From a bacterium (lineage in GTDB: Bacteria; Bacillota_I; Bacilli_A; RFN20; CAG-826): DNA of 64,000 nt. The position numbers and the translations under genes were made by a program. Below the pieces are notes generated by a model. The model did not search any database. It was not told the DNA's origin and saw only the letters and a list, made by a program, of their open reading frames with translations. Position 1 is the first letter of the stretch. Each line of letters starts with the position of its first letter. The DNA is taken from assembly GCA_963611815.1 (NCBI GenBank), contig CAVDSY010000025.1, forward strand, positions 1,596 through 65,595, in the 5' to 3' direction. Below, one piece after another: positions 62,502-64,000 of this stretch.

Positions 62502-63761
62502 TTACCCCTCTTCCCCCTGGAGTTGTCGCCTCATTTTGGCCAAAGCGGATTGATGGATCTGCCTGACTCTTTCCCTGCTGATGCCAAGTCTTCTCCCGAG
62601 GGCGGCCATGTCCATCTTCTCTTTGCCGCTCAGCCCGTAAATGTAAGAGACGATCGTCTTCTCGCGGTCGTTCAGGCAGCCCAGTCCCTTTTTTATCAAG
62701 GCATCCCTATCCTCTTCGTCGAGGCTCTCGGCGATGTCGTCGTCTCCTCGGACGGTGGAAAGGAGATCGGCGGAATCGCTTTCCGAGGAATCGAAGGGCT
62801 CGTCGAGGGACACCACGCCCATCGGGATCTCGAGGATCGCCGCGATGTCTTTGGGCGAATATTCCGGAAGCTCCGCCGAAAGCTCGGCGATAGTCGGTTC
62901 CCGCCCCAAAGACTGCGAAAGCGAGTCGAAGGCTTTTCTGACCTTCCCTAGTCGCGAAATGGTGTATTGGCTTATTTTGAGCCCCCTGCCTTGCTCATTG
63001 AGGAGCTTCTGCAGAGTCTGTTTGACCCATGGATAGGCATAGGTGGAAAAGCGCCACCCCATGTTTGGATCGAACTTCCTGGCCGCGGTGCGCAATCCGA
63101 AATAGCCTTCCTGGCAGAGGTCGAGATAAGGGAGGGAGGGGCTCGCATAATCTTTGGCCAGGCTCATCACGAGGCGAAGATTGTGCTTCACCATCGCATC
63201 CTCGGCTTCCTTCCCCTCCTTTTTCTCATCTTCGCTCGCCCCTTCGGAAAGACCTTTTTGGATTTTCTTTCCGAGCTCGATTTCCTGTTCTTTGCTGAGA
63301 AGAGGGTATTTGGCGGCTTCCGAATAAAGAATCGCCTCTCCGCTTGAGGAGGCGTTTGGGCTTTGAAGGGAGAAGGAGGCGCTTTCTTCCGCCTCCTCAA
63401 TTTTCTCTTCCTCTTCTTTGACGAATTTGTCCAGTCTTGACGAGACGATCGCGGTCGCGAAAGAGGAGAAACTGCAGTCAAGAGGCATGTTCGAAATATG
63501 ACCGGCCGCGTAATAAAGCCCGCGGTTGGCCTCGAGGATGAGGTCGGTCAAAGGGACGCTGCCGTCATAGCGGAAGCTTGCCATTTCCTCCGCCCTCTTG
63601 GCGAAGCTTTCCACAAGGGAAGCGATGGCGTTTTTGTCGCCCTTGCGGGCCTTTTCGACCTCTTCTTTTTCCTCTTGCTCGCTCAAAACGCGGTTCGCCT
63701 CGATCTCTTCCCGATAGGCGGAAACCTCGTCAATCGCGCTTTGGCTTGCTTTCTCTTCCAT
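62502..63761 (-). CDS. Sigma-70 family factor with a duplicated (degenerate) N-terminal sigma-2-like domain
   Basis: Regions 2.1-2.4 (VKHNLRLVMSLAKDY, LDLCQEGYFGL, RFSTYAYPWVKQ), region 3, and region 4.2 (ISRERVRQIHQSALAKMR). Residues ~25-115 repeat the region-2 pattern. Confidence 0.85.
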   Translation of the reverse strand: MEEKASQSAIDEVSAYREEIEANRVLSEQEEKEEVEKARKGDKNAIASLVESFAKRAEEMASFRYDGSVPLTDLILEANRGLYYAAGHISNMPLDCSFSSFATAIVSSRLDKFVKEEEEKIEEAEESASFSLQSPNASSSGEAILYSEAAKYPLLSKEQEIELGKKIQKGLSEGASEDEKKEGKEAEDAMVKHNLRLVMSLAKDYASPSLPYLDLCQEGYFGLRTAARKFDPNMGWRFSTYAYPWVKQTLQKLLNEQGRGLKISQYTISRLGKVRKAFDSLSQSLGREPTIAELSAELPEYSPKDIAAILEIPMGVVSLDEPFDSSESDSADLLSTVRGDDDIAESLDEEDRDALIKKGLGCLNDREKTIVSYIYGLSGKEKMDMAALGRRLGISRERVRQIHQSALAKMRRQLQGEEG

Positions 63762-63770
63762 GCTTGCTGC

Positions 63771-64000
63771 TCAGCGGATTTTGCCGTCGCCGAAATTGGC
63801 CTCGCGGTAGTCCCCAAGCTTTTTGGCGCGCGTAGGATGGCGGAGCTTGCGGATCGCCTTGGCCTCGATCTGACGGATGCGCTCGCGCGTGACGCCGAAC
63901 TCCCTGCCCACCTCTTCGAGCGTCCGCGGGCGGTTGTCGTCAAGGCCATAACGCAAACGCAGCACCTTCTCCTCGCGGTCGGTGAGATCCCTCATGATGT
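63771..64000 (-). CDS. rpoD: RNA polymerase primary sigma factor, C-terminal part (5' end outside the window)
   Basis: Region 4 sequence [15 protein letters not shown]...[30 protein letters not shown] is near-identical to the SigA/RpoD consensus. Confidence 0.85.
   Translation of the reverse strand, partial: IMRDLTDREEKVLRLRYGLDDNRPRTLEEVGREFGVTRERIRQIEAKAIRKLRHPTRAKKLGDYREANFGDGKIR

Noticed and set aside
1-64000. Search for mobile elements, CRISPR arrays, rRNA/tRNA genes, toxin-antitoxin pairs or defence islands
   Set aside because: I found no direct-repeat/spacer arrays, no transposase, phage or reverse-transcriptase-like ORFs, and no tRNA cloverleaf candidates. Every large ORF has a confident housekeeping assignment in conserved synteny.

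Overview
This window is a core-chromosome segment of a Bacillota/Mollicutes-like bacterium using the standard genetic code (TGA is a stop, e.g. 964..966). By hand counts of sample lines, coding DNA is a little above 50 % G+C and the spacers are much more AT-rich.

I call 56 protein-coding ORFs: 54 well-supported genes (one truncated at the right edge) and two low-confidence small ORFs. Almost all are housekeeping genes in classic Firmicute synteny blocks:
- SDR; glmS; hyp-tig-lon-engB
- T-box-valS ... radC; an S41-like lipoprotein
- rplU-prp-rpmA; lipoprotein pullulanase; GT2; obg; ruvAB
- secDF-recJ-rel-hisS-aspS; tkt
- asp23-nusB-xseAB-dxs; dinB; xerD-deoB
- an ABC binding-protein/permease pair
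- minus strand: yqeG-yqeH-yhbY-nadD::yqeK-rsfS; parE-parC; efp-yneF-fakB-fakA; rpmG
- plsY; ispG and ispH flanking a DEAD-box helicase
- rpoD (3' end)-second sigma-trmK

Sequence-supported regulatory elements are a valine T-box leader, two CIRCE-like operators bracketing the lon promoter, several sigma-A-type promoters and about 15 intrinsic terminators.

I found no rRNA, tRNA, CRISPR array, transposase, prophage or recognisable defence/toxin island. I therefore cannot honestly claim a clear new multi-gene system here.

The observations most worth a second look are:
1. A second sigma-70 gene directly after rpoD whose N-terminus is a degenerate duplicate of the sigma-2 domain.
2. A 40-residue Cys/His/acidic tail (three CCC triplets) on HisRS, ending in the ribosome-binding site of aspS.
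3. A conserved TAGTAGTTTT motif, extending to ATTAGTAGTTTTTT in two copies, found five times and only in AT-rich spacers, mostly just after stop codons.
4. A subset of SD-less genes with a -10 box 6-9 nt before the ATG, which are candidate leaderless mRNAs.
5. Domain-level oddities: a NadD::YqeK fusion with a degenerate HxGH motif, an EF-P lacking the modifiable loop Lys, and an ABC importer without an ATPase.

All functional calls rest on motif and synteny recognition by eye. No database search was run.
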